DNA of 64,000 nucleotides from Acidobacteriota bacterium. GTDB lineage: Bacteria > Acidobacteriota > Thermoanaerobaculia > Gp7-AA8. Position 1 is the stretch's first letter, and each line of letters starts with the position of its first letter. The stretch lies in contig JAFATB010000006.1 in NCBI GenBank assembly GCA_019244185.1, positions 1 through 64,000 on the forward strand. The letters run 5' to 3'. A program made the translations under genes and the position numbers. Shown here piece after piece: positions 9,356 through 18,833 of this stretch. Below the pieces are notes generated by a model. The model had not been told where the DNA came from, made no database searches, and saw only the letters and a program-made list of their open reading frames with translations.

Positions 9356-10935
9356 ATCTCCACATGGACTTCGATCTTCTCGCCGCCGCGCTCGGGAGCG
9401 CGGAGCACGAAGACGAGCGGCAGCACGAGGATGAAGAGGATCCCCGCGAGGTAAAAGAGTTTTTCGAAAGAGATCATCATGGCCTGGCGGCGCACGAGAC
9501 CATCGAGCATGTTGCGCGCGAGCGCCTGCGACGACACCGCGTCATAGCCGCGCGCGGCGAACGACTTCGCCATCGCGGCGATGCGCGTCATCGCTTCCGG
9601 ATCGCCCGCGGCGAAGTATCCCAGCATCGACTCGCGGGCGTGCGTCGTGTTGCGCGCGAGCAGCGTTGCGAAGGCGGCGAGGCCGATCGAGCCGCCGACC
9701 TGGCGCAGCAGCGAGTTGAGACCCGTGGCGTCGGAAAGACGATGCCGCGGGATCGACGCGAGCGCGAGCGTCGTCAGCGGGATGAAGAGACAGCTGAACG
9801 CGATGCCCTGCAGGACGAGCACGGTCACGACGCCGCGCGAGCTCGTCGACAGCGTGTAGTGCCCCATCAGCCACGCGGTGTAGCCGAAGAGCAGGATGCC
9901 GAACGCGATGACCGCGCGCGGCGAGACTTTGTTGTAGATCCTGCCGACGATCGGCATGATGAAGATCATCGTCAGCGAGCGTGGCATCATCGCCAGACCC
10001 GCCTGCGTGGCCGTGTAGCCGAGCAGCAGCTGCATGAAGAGCGGCAGCAGGAACGTGACCGCCATCAGCATCGCGAACATCACCGCGCCGACGAGCGTGC
10101 CCGACGTGAAGATGACGTCGAGGAAGAGCGAGAAGTCGACCGCAGGGACGGGCGCCGACAGCTCGCGAATGATCCACGCCACGATCGTGACGACGGAGAG
10201 GAACGCCAGTCCGGTGATCAGCGTCGACTGGAACCAGTCGTTGCGGTTCCCTTCCTCGAGCACGTACTGCAGCGTGCCGAGTCCGACGATCATCAGAATG
10301 ATCCCCGCGTAATCGAGATTCTTCCGCTGCTCCTCGGCCATCGCATGGTTGTGCGCGCGCACGTCTTCCGGCTCGTGCACGAACGCGGTGACCATGACCA
10401 GCGAGATGAGGCCGATCGGCAGGTTGATGTAGAAGATCCACGGCCAGCTGTAGTTGTCGACGATGTAGCCGCCGAGCGTCGGGCCGAAGGCGGGTCCGAG
10501 GACGACGGCCATGCCGAAGATGGCCATGGCCATGCCTTGCTCTTCGTAGGGAAAGGTCTGGCGCAGGATGGCCTGTTCGGTCGGCTGCAACGCGCCGGCG
10601 CCGAAGCCCTGCAGCACGCGGCAGACGACGAGCACCGGCAGCGTGCGCGCGAAACCGCACAGCATCGAGCCGAGAATGAAGAGCACGAGCGAAGCGAGAT
10701 AGACGCGCTTCTGCCCGAACAGGCGCGCGAGAAATCCGGTGAGCGGCATGACCATGACGGTGGCCATGACGAAGCCGGTGGTGACCCACGTGATCTGCTC
10801 GACGGTCGCGCCGAGGGAGCTCTGGAGATGCGGGACGGCGACGTTGACGATCGACGCGTCGATCGCGCCCATGAGCGTGCCGAACGTGACCGAGATCGTC
10901 ACGAGCCACTTGTTGACGGGCTTGCGTTCGGTCAC
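9352..10935 (-). CDS. emrB: DHA2 MFS efflux permease (EmrB/QacA)
   Basis: DASIVNVA, RVLQG.GAG, GP.LGGYI...SWPWIFYINLPIG motifs; ~14 TMs. Confidence 0.92.
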   Translation of the reverse strand: MTERKPVNKWLVTISVTFGTLMGAIDASIVNVAVPHLQSSLGATVEQITWVTTGFVMATVMVMPLTGFLARLFGQKRVYLASLVLFILGSMLCGFARTLPVLVVCRVLQGFGAGALQPTEQAILRQTFPYEEQGMAMAIFGMAVVLGPAFGPTLGGYIVDNYSWPWIFYINLPIGLISLVMVTAFVHEPEDVRAHNHAMAEEQRKNLDYAGIILMIVGLGTLQYVLEEGNRNDWFQSTLITGLAFLSVVTIVAWIIRELSAPVPAVDFSLFLDVIFTSGTLVGAVMFAMLMAVTFLLPLFMQLLLGYTATQAGLAMMPRSLTMIFIMPIVGRIYNKVSPRAVIAFGILLFGYTAWLMGHYTLSTSSRGVVTVLVLQGIAFSCLFIPLTTLALASIPRHRLSDATGLNSLLRQVGGSIGLAAFATLLARNTTHARESMLGYFAAGDPEAMTRIAAMAKSFAARGYDAVSSQALARNMLDGLVRRQAMMISFEKLFYLAGILFILVLPLVFVLRAPERGGEKIEVHVEM

Positions 10936-12518
10936 TGCGCGGCTCCGCGGACGGGCGGTGGGGGCGGCGGCGCGGGCGTGGTGCTCGCGTCGGGCGACGT
11001 CGTCGTGGTGGGCGACGCGTTCGTCGATGACGTCGCGTTCGGCGCCATCGTGTTCGGCGTGGTCGTCGTCGACGGCGCCGCGGTCGTCGTGGCATTTGCG
11101 CCGTTCGCCGACGCCGGGGGATTCGACGTGATCGGCAGCGTGCCGCCGACGTTCGGCGTCGCGTCGCCCGATGTCGCGGACGGCGTTGGCGTCGCCGGAT
11201 GCAGCTCGCCGGTGGCGCGGCGCAGTTGCACGTTCGCGAGCGCGGCGTCGGCGCGCGCGGCGATGAGCGCCTCGTGCGCCTGCTGGTACTGATCTTCGGC
11301 GCGGTCGACTTCGACCGTCGAGCCGTAGCCGGCGGACTTCCGATCGCGCGCGATGGTCAGCGCGTCTTCCGCGACCTGCACCTGTTCTTCGGCGACGCGC
11401 ACGCGCTCTTCGGCGTTGCGCAGGCTGAGAACCGCCGTGCGGACATCCTGCTCGACGTCGCTGCGGAGGCTGCCGAGTCGCGTCTCGAGGTCCCGCACTT
11501 CGAGTCGCGCGCGGGCGATGTTCGCCGGGATCGTGCCGCGGAACAGCGGCACGCTGGCGACGGCGGTGATGCGGCGCGTCCAGAGCAGGTTGCTCGTCTG
11601 CAGGCCGCCGTAGTCGCCGGCGAACTCGATCGCGAGCGACGGCAGGTACTGCGCGCGCGCGGCGGAGAGCGCGAGCTGCGCCTCGCGCACGTGCGCTTCC
11701 AGTGCTTTGACTTCGGGACGCTGCGCGCGCGCGGTGGCGAGCGCGGCGTCGACGTCGGGCGCGGGCGGCGCGGCGACGACCGGATCGGTGAGCAGGACGT
11801 CGGAGGCCTGGTTCTCGCCGATGGCATTGAGCAGCGCGAGCACGGCGGCGCTGCGGTCGTTCTCCGCGGCGAGCAAACCGGAACGCGCGCGCGACAGCTG
11901 GAGCCGCGCCTGCGCGACGTCGAGCTTCGTGCCGGTGCCGGCTTCGAACTCGTCGTTCGCGACGCGCAGCAGTTCCTGGAAGAGCTTCATGTCCGCCTGG
12001 CGCGACACGATCTGCGCGTCGGCGCGCTGCACCATGACGTACAGCCGCGAGACGGAGGCGACGACGTCGCTTTCCGCGCGTGCGACTTCGTAGCGGCTCG
12101 CGCCCGCCGCCGCGTGCCGCGACTGGTAGAGCCGCAGCGCGGCGAGGTTGAACAGCTGCGCGGCGGCGTTCACCTGCACCTGGTACACGTTGAACGGTCC
12201 GATCACGGACGGAACGCCCGGCAGCGTGAAGCCGAACTCCTCGAGGTTGACCGACTCGTTCGAGCGCATGAGGCGCGCGTCGCCCTGCGGCAGGAGGCCC
12301 GTGAGCGCCTCGCGCTCGGCGATCTGCGAACGCTCGGCCGCCGTCTGCGCCAGACGCGCCGTCGCTCCCTCCGACAGCGCGCGTTGCAGCGCGTCGTCGA
12401 GGGTCAGGCGGATCGTCGCCGGTGCGGTTGCTGTCGTCGTCGTGGTGCTGGTCGTCGTCTGCGCGCTTGCGGTTGCCGCAAGCAACATCATCAGAATCGC
12501 GGTACTACACTGGCGCAA
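10932..12518 (-). CDS. TolC-family outer membrane factor with Thr/Pro-rich C-terminal tail
   Basis: Signal peptide, LTLDDAL, GTGTKLDV.QA, RPEV and YLPSL OEP repeats. Confidence 0.88.
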   Translation of the reverse strand: MRQCSTAILMMLLAATASAQTTTSTTTTTATAPATIRLTLDDALQRALSEGATARLAQTAAERSQIAEREALTGLLPQGDARLMRSNESVNLEEFGFTLPGVPSVIGPFNVYQVQVNAAAQLFNLAALRLYQSRHAAAGASRYEVARAESDVVASVSRLYVMVQRADAQIVSRQADMKLFQELLRVANDEFEAGTGTKLDVAQARLQLSRARSGLLAAENDRSAAVLALLNAIGENQASDVLLTDPVVAAPPAPDVDAALATARAQRPEVKALEAHVREAQLALSAARAQYLPSLAIEFAGDYGGLQTSNLLWTRRITAVASVPLFRGTIPANIARARLEVRDLETRLGSLRSDVEQDVRTAVLSLRNAEERVRVAEEQVQVAEDALTIARDRKSAGYGSTVEVDRAEDQYQQAHEALIAARADAALANVQLRRATGELHPATPTPSATSGDATPNVGGTLPITSNPPASANGANATTTAAPSTTTTPNTMAPNATSSTNASPTTTTSPDASTTPAPPPPPPVRGAAQ

Positions 12519-15500
12519 GTACTTCCTCCTCCGCCGCCTCCATGTGCACGTGCGATTCCTCTTTGCCGCGCTTCGAGCGCAGCTTGTCCATGTAGACGTA
12601 GAACACGGGCGTGACGTAAAGCGTGAGTGTTTGTGAGAAGAGCAGGCCGCCGACGACGGCCAGGCCGAGCGGGCGGCGCGACTCCGCGCCGGCGCCGAGG
12701 CCGAGGGCGATCGGCAGCGTGCCCATGAGCGCCGCCATCGTCGTCATCATGATCGGACGAAAGCGGATGAGGCAGGCGTCGTAGATCGCGCGCTCCGGTT
12801 CCAGCCCCTGCTTCTCCGCCTCGACGGCGAAGTCGACCATCATGATGCCGTTCTTCTTGACCAGACCGACGAGCATGATGATGCCGACGAACGCGTAGAT
12901 CGACAGATCGACATGGAACACGAGCAGCGTGAGCAGCGCGCCGAAGCCGGCGAACGGCAGCGCGGAGAGAATCGTGAGCGGGTGGATGAAGCTCTCGTAG
13001 AGGACGCCGAGCACCATGTAGATCACGGCGATGGCGACGATGAGCAGCATGCCCAGACCCTGCATCGAGGATTGGAACGCCTGCGCGGTGCCCTGGAACG
13101 ACGTGCTGATGGTGGCCGGGAGCGTGGTGCGCGCAACGCCGTTGATCTGATTGACCGCATCGCCGAGCGATACGCCCGGTTTGAGGTTGAACGAGATCGT
13201 GACGGACGGCGTCTGGCCGGAGTGATTGACGGTGAGCGGGCCGACGCTCGGCAGGAGCTTGGCGAACGTCGACAGCGGCACGAGCTCGCCCGAGGCGGCG
13301 CGGACGTAGAGCAGCGAAAGCGAGCCGATGTCCTGCTGGTACTGCGGCGCGGCTTCCATGATGACCTGGTAGCTGTTGGTCGGCGCGTACATGGTCGAGA
13401 CCTGGCGCGTCGCGTACGCGGAGAAGAGCGCGTCTTCGATCTGGTTCGCGGTGAGGCCGTACGACGCGGCGCGGTCGCGGTCGATGGCGACGCTGACCTG
13501 CGGGTTGCGGATCTGCAGATCGCTGGCGACGTCGACGAAGCCGGGCAGCGTGCGCATCTTGTCGGTCATCTTCGACGCGGAGGCGTAGAGCTCGTCCGTG
13601 TTCGGACCCTGCAGCGTGTACTGGTAAAGAGCTTGACTACTGCGTCCGCCCAGGCGGATCGGGGGCGGGTTCTGCAGATAGACGCGCACGCCGGGAACGG
13701 CGTTCACCATCGGCCGCAGCTTCGCGATCAGCTCGTCCGCGGAGATGTCGCGCTCCTTGCGCGGCACGAGACGCACCGAGATGATGCCGCTGTTGTACGC
13801 GCCGCCGCGGATGCCGACCGCGGAGAAGAACGCGGCGACGCTCGGCTCCTTCTGCACGATGCGCGCGACCGCGAGCTGGTGCCGCACCATGTCCTCGTAC
13901 GAGATGCCCTGCGGTCCTTCGAGCTGCAGGTAGATCTGTCCCTGATCCTCGCTGGGAAGGAAGCCTTTCGGCACCTGCACGAAGAGGAAGCCGGTGGCGA
14001 TGAGGATGGCCAGCGACACGAGCATCGTGGCGCGCTTGTGGCGCAGCACGAAACGGAGGCCGCTCGCGTAGACGGCGAGCATCCGCTCGAAGAAGCGCTC
14101 CGACATTTCGTAGAAGCGGCCGTGGCGGCCATGGTGCGGACGGATGAAGCGCGCGCTGAGCATCGGCGTGAGCGTCAGCGAGACGAAGCCGGAGACGAGG
14201 ATCGACGCGCCGATCGTGACGGCGAACTCGTGGAAGAGCCGGCCGAGGATGCCGCCCATGAAGAGGATGGGGATGAAGACCGCGGCGAGCGAGATCGTCA
14301 TCGACAGAATCGTGAAGCCGATCTCCTGCGAGCCTTTGACCGCGGCCTCGAACGGCTTCTCGCCCTGCTCCATGTGGCGGACGATGTTCTCGAGCATGAC
14401 GATCGCATCGTCGACGACGAAGCCGACCGACAGCGTCAGCGCCATGAGCGAGAGGTTGTCGAGCGAGTAGTCGAAGAGGTACATGACCGCGAACGTGCCG
14501 ACGAGCGACATCGGCAGCGCGAGGCTGGGGATGACCGTCGCGGAGACGTTGCGGAGGAAGAGGAAGATCACGAGGATGACCAGGAACAGCGTCAGCATCA
14601 GCGTGAACTTGACGTCGGTGACCGACTCGCGGATCGAGTCGGCGCGGTCGCGGTGGATGTCGAGGTTGATCGACGCCGGCAGTTCCTGGCGGAAGCGCGG
14701 CAGCAGCTTGCGGATCGCGTTCGACACTTCGACCGCGTTCGTGCCGGGCTGCTTCTGCACGGCGAGGATGACGCCGCGCTTGTCGCGGAACCACGCCGCG
14801 GTCTTGTCGTTCTCGACGCTGTCGAGGATGCGCCCGAGCTGTTCGAGCCGCACCGGCGCGCCGTTGCGGTACGCGACGGTGATCGGGCGGTAGTCGTCGG
14901 CCTTGAGCAGCTGGCCGTTCGCGGTGATGGTCGCGGCCTGATACGGGCCGTTCATCACGCCGGTGGGAAGGTTCACGTTGCTGTTGCGCACGGCGGTGAC
15001 GACTTCGTCGACGCCGATGCCGCGCGTGGCGAGCTGCTGCGGATCGAGCTGGATGCGCACGGCGTACTTTTGCGCGCCGTAGACGATGACCTGCGCGACG
15101 CCGGGCACGGTCGAGAGGCGCTGCCCCATCTGCGTCTCGGCGTACTCGTCGAGCTGGTAGAGCGGCAGCGTGTCGGACGTGAGCGCGATGTAGAACACCG
15201 GCTGGTCCGCGGGATTGACCTTGTTGTACGACGGCGGCGTGGGCATGTTCGGCGGCAGCGAGCGCTGCGCCGCGGCGATGGCGGCCTGCACGTCCTGCGC
15301 GGCGGCGTCGAGAGGGCGCGAGAGCGCGAACTGCAGCGTGATCGACGTCTGCCCCAGGCTCGAGGACGAGGTCATCGAGTCGAGGCCGGCGATGGTGGAG
15401 AACTGCCGCTCGAGCGGCGTCGCCACCGACGCGGCCATCGTCTCCGGCGACGCGCCGGGAAGCGACGCGTTGACGTTGATCGTGGGGAAGTCGACGTTCG

Positions 15501-15612
15501 GCAGATCGCTGACCGGCAGCAGCCGGTACGCCATCGCACCGAACAACAGGATTGCGATCATGACCAGCGTGGTCATGACGGGGCGGCGGATGAAAGGCGC
15601 GGAAAGGTTCAT
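12505..15612 (-). CDS. RND efflux permease (AcrB/MdtB/MdtC family)
   Basis: MNLSAPFIRRPV, LPNVDFPTI, GFVVDDAIVMLEN, KKNGIMMVDF and RFRPIMMTT motifs. Confidence 0.95.
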   Translation of the reverse strand: MNLSAPFIRRPVMTTLVMIAILLFGAMAYRLLPVSDLPNVDFPTINVNASLPGASPETMAASVATPLERQFSTIAGLDSMTSSSSLGQTSITLQFALSRPLDAAAQDVQAAIAAAQRSLPPNMPTPPSYNKVNPADQPVFYIALTSDTLPLYQLDEYAETQMGQRLSTVPGVAQVIVYGAQKYAVRIQLDPQQLATRGIGVDEVVTAVRNSNVNLPTGVMNGPYQAATITANGQLLKADDYRPITVAYRNGAPVRLEQLGRILDSVENDKTAAWFRDKRGVILAVQKQPGTNAVEVSNAIRKLLPRFRQELPASINLDIHRDRADSIRESVTDVKFTLMLTLFLVILVIFLFLRNVSATVIPSLALPMSLVGTFAVMYLFDYSLDNLSLMALTLSVGFVVDDAIVMLENIVRHMEQGEKPFEAAVKGSQEIGFTILSMTISLAAVFIPILFMGGILGRLFHEFAVTIGASILVSGFVSLTLTPMLSARFIRPHHGRHGRFYEMSERFFERMLAVYASGLRFVLRHKRATMLVSLAILIATGFLFVQVPKGFLPSEDQGQIYLQLEGPQGISYEDMVRHQLAVARIVQKEPSVAAFFSAVGIRGGAYNSGIISVRLVPRKERDISADELIAKLRPMVNAVPGVRVYLQNPPPIRLGGRSSQALYQYTLQGPNTDELYASASKMTDKMRTLPGFVDVASDLQIRNPQVSVAIDRDRAASYGLTANQIEDALFSAYATRQVSTMYAPTNSYQVIMEAAPQYQQDIGSLSLLYVRAASGELVPLSTFAKLLPSVGPLTVNHSGQTPSVTISFNLKPGVSLGDAVNQINGVARTTLPATISTSFQGTAQAFQSSMQGLGMLLIVAIAVIYMVLGVLYESFIHPLTILSALPFAGFGALLTLLVFHVDLSIYAFVGIIMLVGLVKKNGIMMVDFAVEAEKQGLEPERAIYDACLIRFRPIMMTTMAALMGTLPIALGLGAGAESRRPLGLAVVGGLLFSQTLTLYVTPVFYVYMDKLRSKRGKEESHVHMEAAEEEVLAPV

Positions 15613-16685
15613 CCCTTGATCTCCACCTTGCTCTTCGGCGTGAGGCGCAGCTGGCCGTCGGTGACGACGGTCTCGCCGGCGTTGAGGCCGTCGGCGACGA
15701 TCGTCTCCTGACCGATGGTGCGGAAGACGGAGATCTGCCGCATCTCGACCGCGTTGCCGGGTTTGACGACGTAGACGAACTGCCCGTTCTGCCCGATCTG
15801 CACGGCACGAGCCGGCACCACGATCGCGGACGGCCGGTCCTCGATCGTCATCGACACGGTGACGAACTGCCCCGGCCAAAGCGCGCGGTCGTGATTGTCG
15901 AAGAGCGCCTTGAGCGTGATCGTGCCGGTCGACGTGTCGACGGCGTTGTCGACGAACGAGAGCTTGCCGTGCGCGGTGGCCGCGCCACCCGACTGCGGCG
16001 AGGCGGCGACGGCGAACGTGGCCGCGCCGCGCGCGCGGATCTGCGCGAGCTGGTCCTGCGGAATCGCGAACTGCACGTACACCGGCTCGACCTGATTGAT
16101 GACGACGAGCGGCGTCGTGTCGTTCGCGTGCACGAGGTTGCCCGCGTGCACCTGCAGGCTGCCGGTGCGTCCGCTGAGCGGCGCGCGGATCGTGCAGTAC
16201 GAGAGCTGCAGCCGCGCGTTCTCGACCGCGGCGCGATCGGCCGCGACGACGGCGCGCGCGGCTTCCGCGCCCGACGCGATGCGGTCGTACTCTTCCTTCG
16301 TCACGTAGTCCTTCTTCACGAGATCCGCGTAGCGCGCGGCATTCGACTCGCCGTTGCGCAGCTGCGCCTCGTCGCGCGCGAGGTTGGCCTGCGCCTGCTG
16401 CATCGCCGCGACGTACGGACGCGAGTCGATCGTGAAGAGCACCTGTCCCTTGGTCACGTCGTCGCCTTCATGGAAGGAGACGTTGAGCAGCTGCCCTTCG
16501 ACGAGCGCGCGCACGGCGACGGTCGACAGCGGCTGCACGTTGCCGATGGCCTGGATGCCGAGGGGCATGTCCTTCTGCTGGACGGTGGCCACGGTGACGG
16601 GCACCGCCTCTTCGCGCGGCGCTTCCTTCTTTTCGGCGCAGGCGACGGCGGCAATGAGCGAGAGAAGCAAGAGACTGCGTTTCAT
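15609..16685 (-). CDS. RND periplasmic adaptor (MdtA-like lipoprotein)
   Basis: MKRSLLLLSLIAAVAC lipobox; IRAPLSGRTG, DNAVDTSTGTI and LWPGQFV motifs. Confidence 0.92.
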   Translation of the reverse strand: MKRSLLLLSLIAAVACAEKKEAPREEAVPVTVATVQQKDMPLGIQAIGNVQPLSTVAVRALVEGQLLNVSFHEGDDVTKGQVLFTIDSRPYVAAMQQAQANLARDEAQLRNGESNAARYADLVKKDYVTKEEYDRIASGAEAARAVVAADRAAVENARLQLSYCTIRAPLSGRTGSLQVHAGNLVHANDTTPLVVINQVEPVYVQFAIPQDQLAQIRARGAATFAVAASPQSGGAATAHGKLSFVDNAVDTSTGTITLKALFDNHDRALWPGQFVTVSMTIEDRPSAIVVPARAVQIGQNGQFVYVVKPGNAVEMRQISVFRTIGQETIVADGLNAGETVVTDGQLRLTPKSKVEIKG

Positions 16686-18055
16686 CGATTCAACCTTCCG
16701 GTGTCGTGAGCGAGTTGTGCGAGCGAGAGGAACCAGTCGGCCCGCGACTGCACCTCTTCGGCGCGCGCGGTTTCGAGCGCGGACTGCGCGGTGAGCACGT
16801 CGACGATCGTGCCGACGCCCTCGCGGTAGCGCGCGCGGGCGACGTCCGCCGACTGCTGCGCGCTGTTGAGAAGATCGCGGCTCGTGGCCAGCCGCTGCCG
16901 CGCCGTGCGCAGCCCGTAGTAGCTGGTCCAGACGTCGAGCGAGACCTGCTGCGAGAGATCGCGCAGCTGCTCCCGCGCGAGCTCGGCCTCGAGCTCCGCC
17001 TGCCGCACGTCGTAGCGGTTCCGCCAGCCGGTGAAGAGCGGGAAGCTCAGCCCGACCGCGGCGGAGTACGGCGTCGAACGCTCGCCGCCGTTGCCGATGT
17101 TGAAACCGGTCGACGCCGACGTGACGACGCGCGGCAGAAAGCTCGAGCGGACCTCGCGGATGCGCGCGGATGCACGTTCGGCGAACGCGCGCGAGGCGGC
17201 GAGATCGGGACGCGCGCGCTGCGCCGCGTCGATGAGCACGTCGATGGCGTCGGAGACGTCGTTCGCCGGCACGTCGTTCGGCAGCTCGCCGACCTCGAAG
17301 CGCGTCGTCGGAGACACGCCCATCGCCGTCGCCAGCGCGCCTTCGATCGCGCGCAGGTTGCCTTCGATCGTGTCGTAGGTCAGCTGCGCCTGCGAGAGCG
17401 CGGTGCGCGCCTGCAGCACGTCGGCAATCGTGGCGACGCCCGCGTTGTGACGCGCTTCCGCGGCGTCGAGACTGGTCTTGCGCTCGGAGAGCGTCGCGCT
17501 CTGCGCGGCGAGCTGCGCCTTCGCGTCGAGGTACTGGTAATACGCCTGCTGCGTCTGCAGGATGACGTCCTGAATGGCCTGGTTGTGCAGGAAGTCGGAG
17601 GCAATGAGCGTCTGCCGCGCCTGCTCGACGCGCGCGTCGCGCCCGCCGAAGTCGAACAGCAGATACGTGAGCGCGAGCGACGGGCCGATCGACGTCTGCG
17701 AGCTCCCGCCCGCCGCCTTCACGCGCGCGACGCTCGCATCGAGATCGACTTCGGGAAGCCACGCCGCCTGCTCGCTGCCGACCGCCGCTTCCGCGGCGCG
17801 CGCGGTGAGCCACGCCTCACGCGTGCGCGGGTTGTTCTCGAGCGCGATGTCGAGGACGCGCGCGAGCGTGATCGGACCGGTCGAATCCGCCGCCGTCGCA
17901 ACAACCGTCGACGGCACCGCCGGGATCGCGACGTTCTGCGTCACGGTCGGCGTCCACGGCTTCGACGGCGCGTCGGACGTCTTCACGTCCGGCTGGGCCG
18001 TGCGGCACGCGGTGACGGCAAACAGCAGCGCGAAGAACGCGCAAATTCGTTTCAT
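16682..18055 (-). CDS. TolC-family outer membrane lipoprotein
   Basis: AVTAC lipobox; ALENNP, LFDFGGR and GVGTIVDVL OEP motifs. Confidence 0.9.
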   Translation of the reverse strand: MKRICAFFALLFAVTACRTAQPDVKTSDAPSKPWTPTVTQNVAIPAVPSTVVATAADSTGPITLARVLDIALENNPRTREAWLTARAAEAAVGSEQAAWLPEVDLDASVARVKAAGGSSQTSIGPSLALTYLLFDFGGRDARVEQARQTLIASDFLHNQAIQDVILQTQQAYYQYLDAKAQLAAQSATLSERKTSLDAAEARHNAGVATIADVLQARTALSQAQLTYDTIEGNLRAIEGALATAMGVSPTTRFEVGELPNDVPANDVSDAIDVLIDAAQRARPDLAASRAFAERASARIREVRSSFLPRVVTSASTGFNIGNGGERSTPYSAAVGLSFPLFTGWRNRYDVRQAELEAELAREQLRDLSQQVSLDVWTSYYGLRTARQRLATSRDLLNSAQQSADVARARYREGVGTIVDVLTAQSALETARAEEVQSRADWFLSLAQLAHDTGRLNR

Positions 18056-18058
18056 CAG

Positions 18059-18700
18059 TTACTTCCTGCTCCTCGTTTTCGGTTCGGCTCCCTCGGCCGC
18101 GAGACCATGCAGCAAGAGGTCGGCGATGAGTCGCGCGTCGTCTTCCACCGGCGCGCTCTCGTCCGCGAGCAGCCGCTGGTTGACCATCGCCACGACGGCG
18201 TCGACGAACATCGCCGCGACCTTGCGGCTCTCCGTCGGACGGAACACGCCCTCCGCGATGCCGTCATCGATGACCTTCGTCACGCCGTTCAGCAGCTTGC
18301 GATAGCGGTCGTGACGGTAGCGGCTGCCGTGCGTGCGCATCACCTCGCGCTCGTACAGCAGGATGCGGAAGAGGTCGCGGTTCTCGTCAAAGTACGTGAG
18401 GTAGCGCAGCGCGTACGCCTCGAGCTTCTTCGGCGCCGGCGCGTTGCCGGAGAGGATCTGGTCGATCCGCGCGGTGAGCGGCTCGAGCGACGACTCTTTC
18501 ACCGAGTCGAGCAGTTCCTGCTTGTCGCGGTAGTGGAGGTAGACCGTGCCCTTCGCGATGCCGACTTCCTGCGCGACGCGCTCCATGGTCACGCTGTCGA
18601 GCCCCTCGCGGCACATCAGCCGGACGACGGCCGCCTGGATGCTTTGTCGCTTGAACTCCTGCCACAGCTTCGGCTCTTCTTTGCGTGCGGGTCTTGCCAT
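18059..18700 (-). CDS. TetR/AcrR-family regulator
   Basis: VTMERVAQEVGIAKGTVYLHYRDKQEL HTH. Confidence 0.93.
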   Translation of the reverse strand: MARPARKEEPKLWQEFKRQSIQAAVVRLMCREGLDSVTMERVAQEVGIAKGTVYLHYRDKQELLDSVKESSLEPLTARIDQILSGNAPAPKKLEAYALRYLTYFDENRDLFRILLYEREVMRTHGSRYRHDRYRKLLNGVTKVIDDGIAEGVFRPTESRKVAAMFVDAVVAMVNQRLLADESAPVEDDARLIADLLLHGLAAEGAEPKTRSRK

Positions 18701-18738
18701 AATGACCGTTCGGTCATTTTACGAACCGAATGGGTCAG
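18701..18738. promoter_or_regulatory. TetR operator palindrome plus a degenerate second copy
   Basis: aatgaccg-tt-cggtcatt is a perfect palindrome abutting the tetR start codon; a similar site (gaaccgaatgggtcag) lies at 18723-18738. Confidence 0.75.
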
Positions 18739-18779
18739 TGGGTGATTCCATTCAGTGACAAAGCCTCCATTTGAACGCA

Positions 18780-18807
18780 GAACGGCCGGCGAGAGCGCCG
18801 GCCGTTC
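18780..18807 (-). terminator. Hairpin downstream of dcp
   Basis: gaacggccggcg-agag-cgccggccgttc, a perfect 12-bp stem. Confidence 0.6.
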
Positions 18808-18833
18808 CGTTCACATCTGTTGCAATTCCGTCG

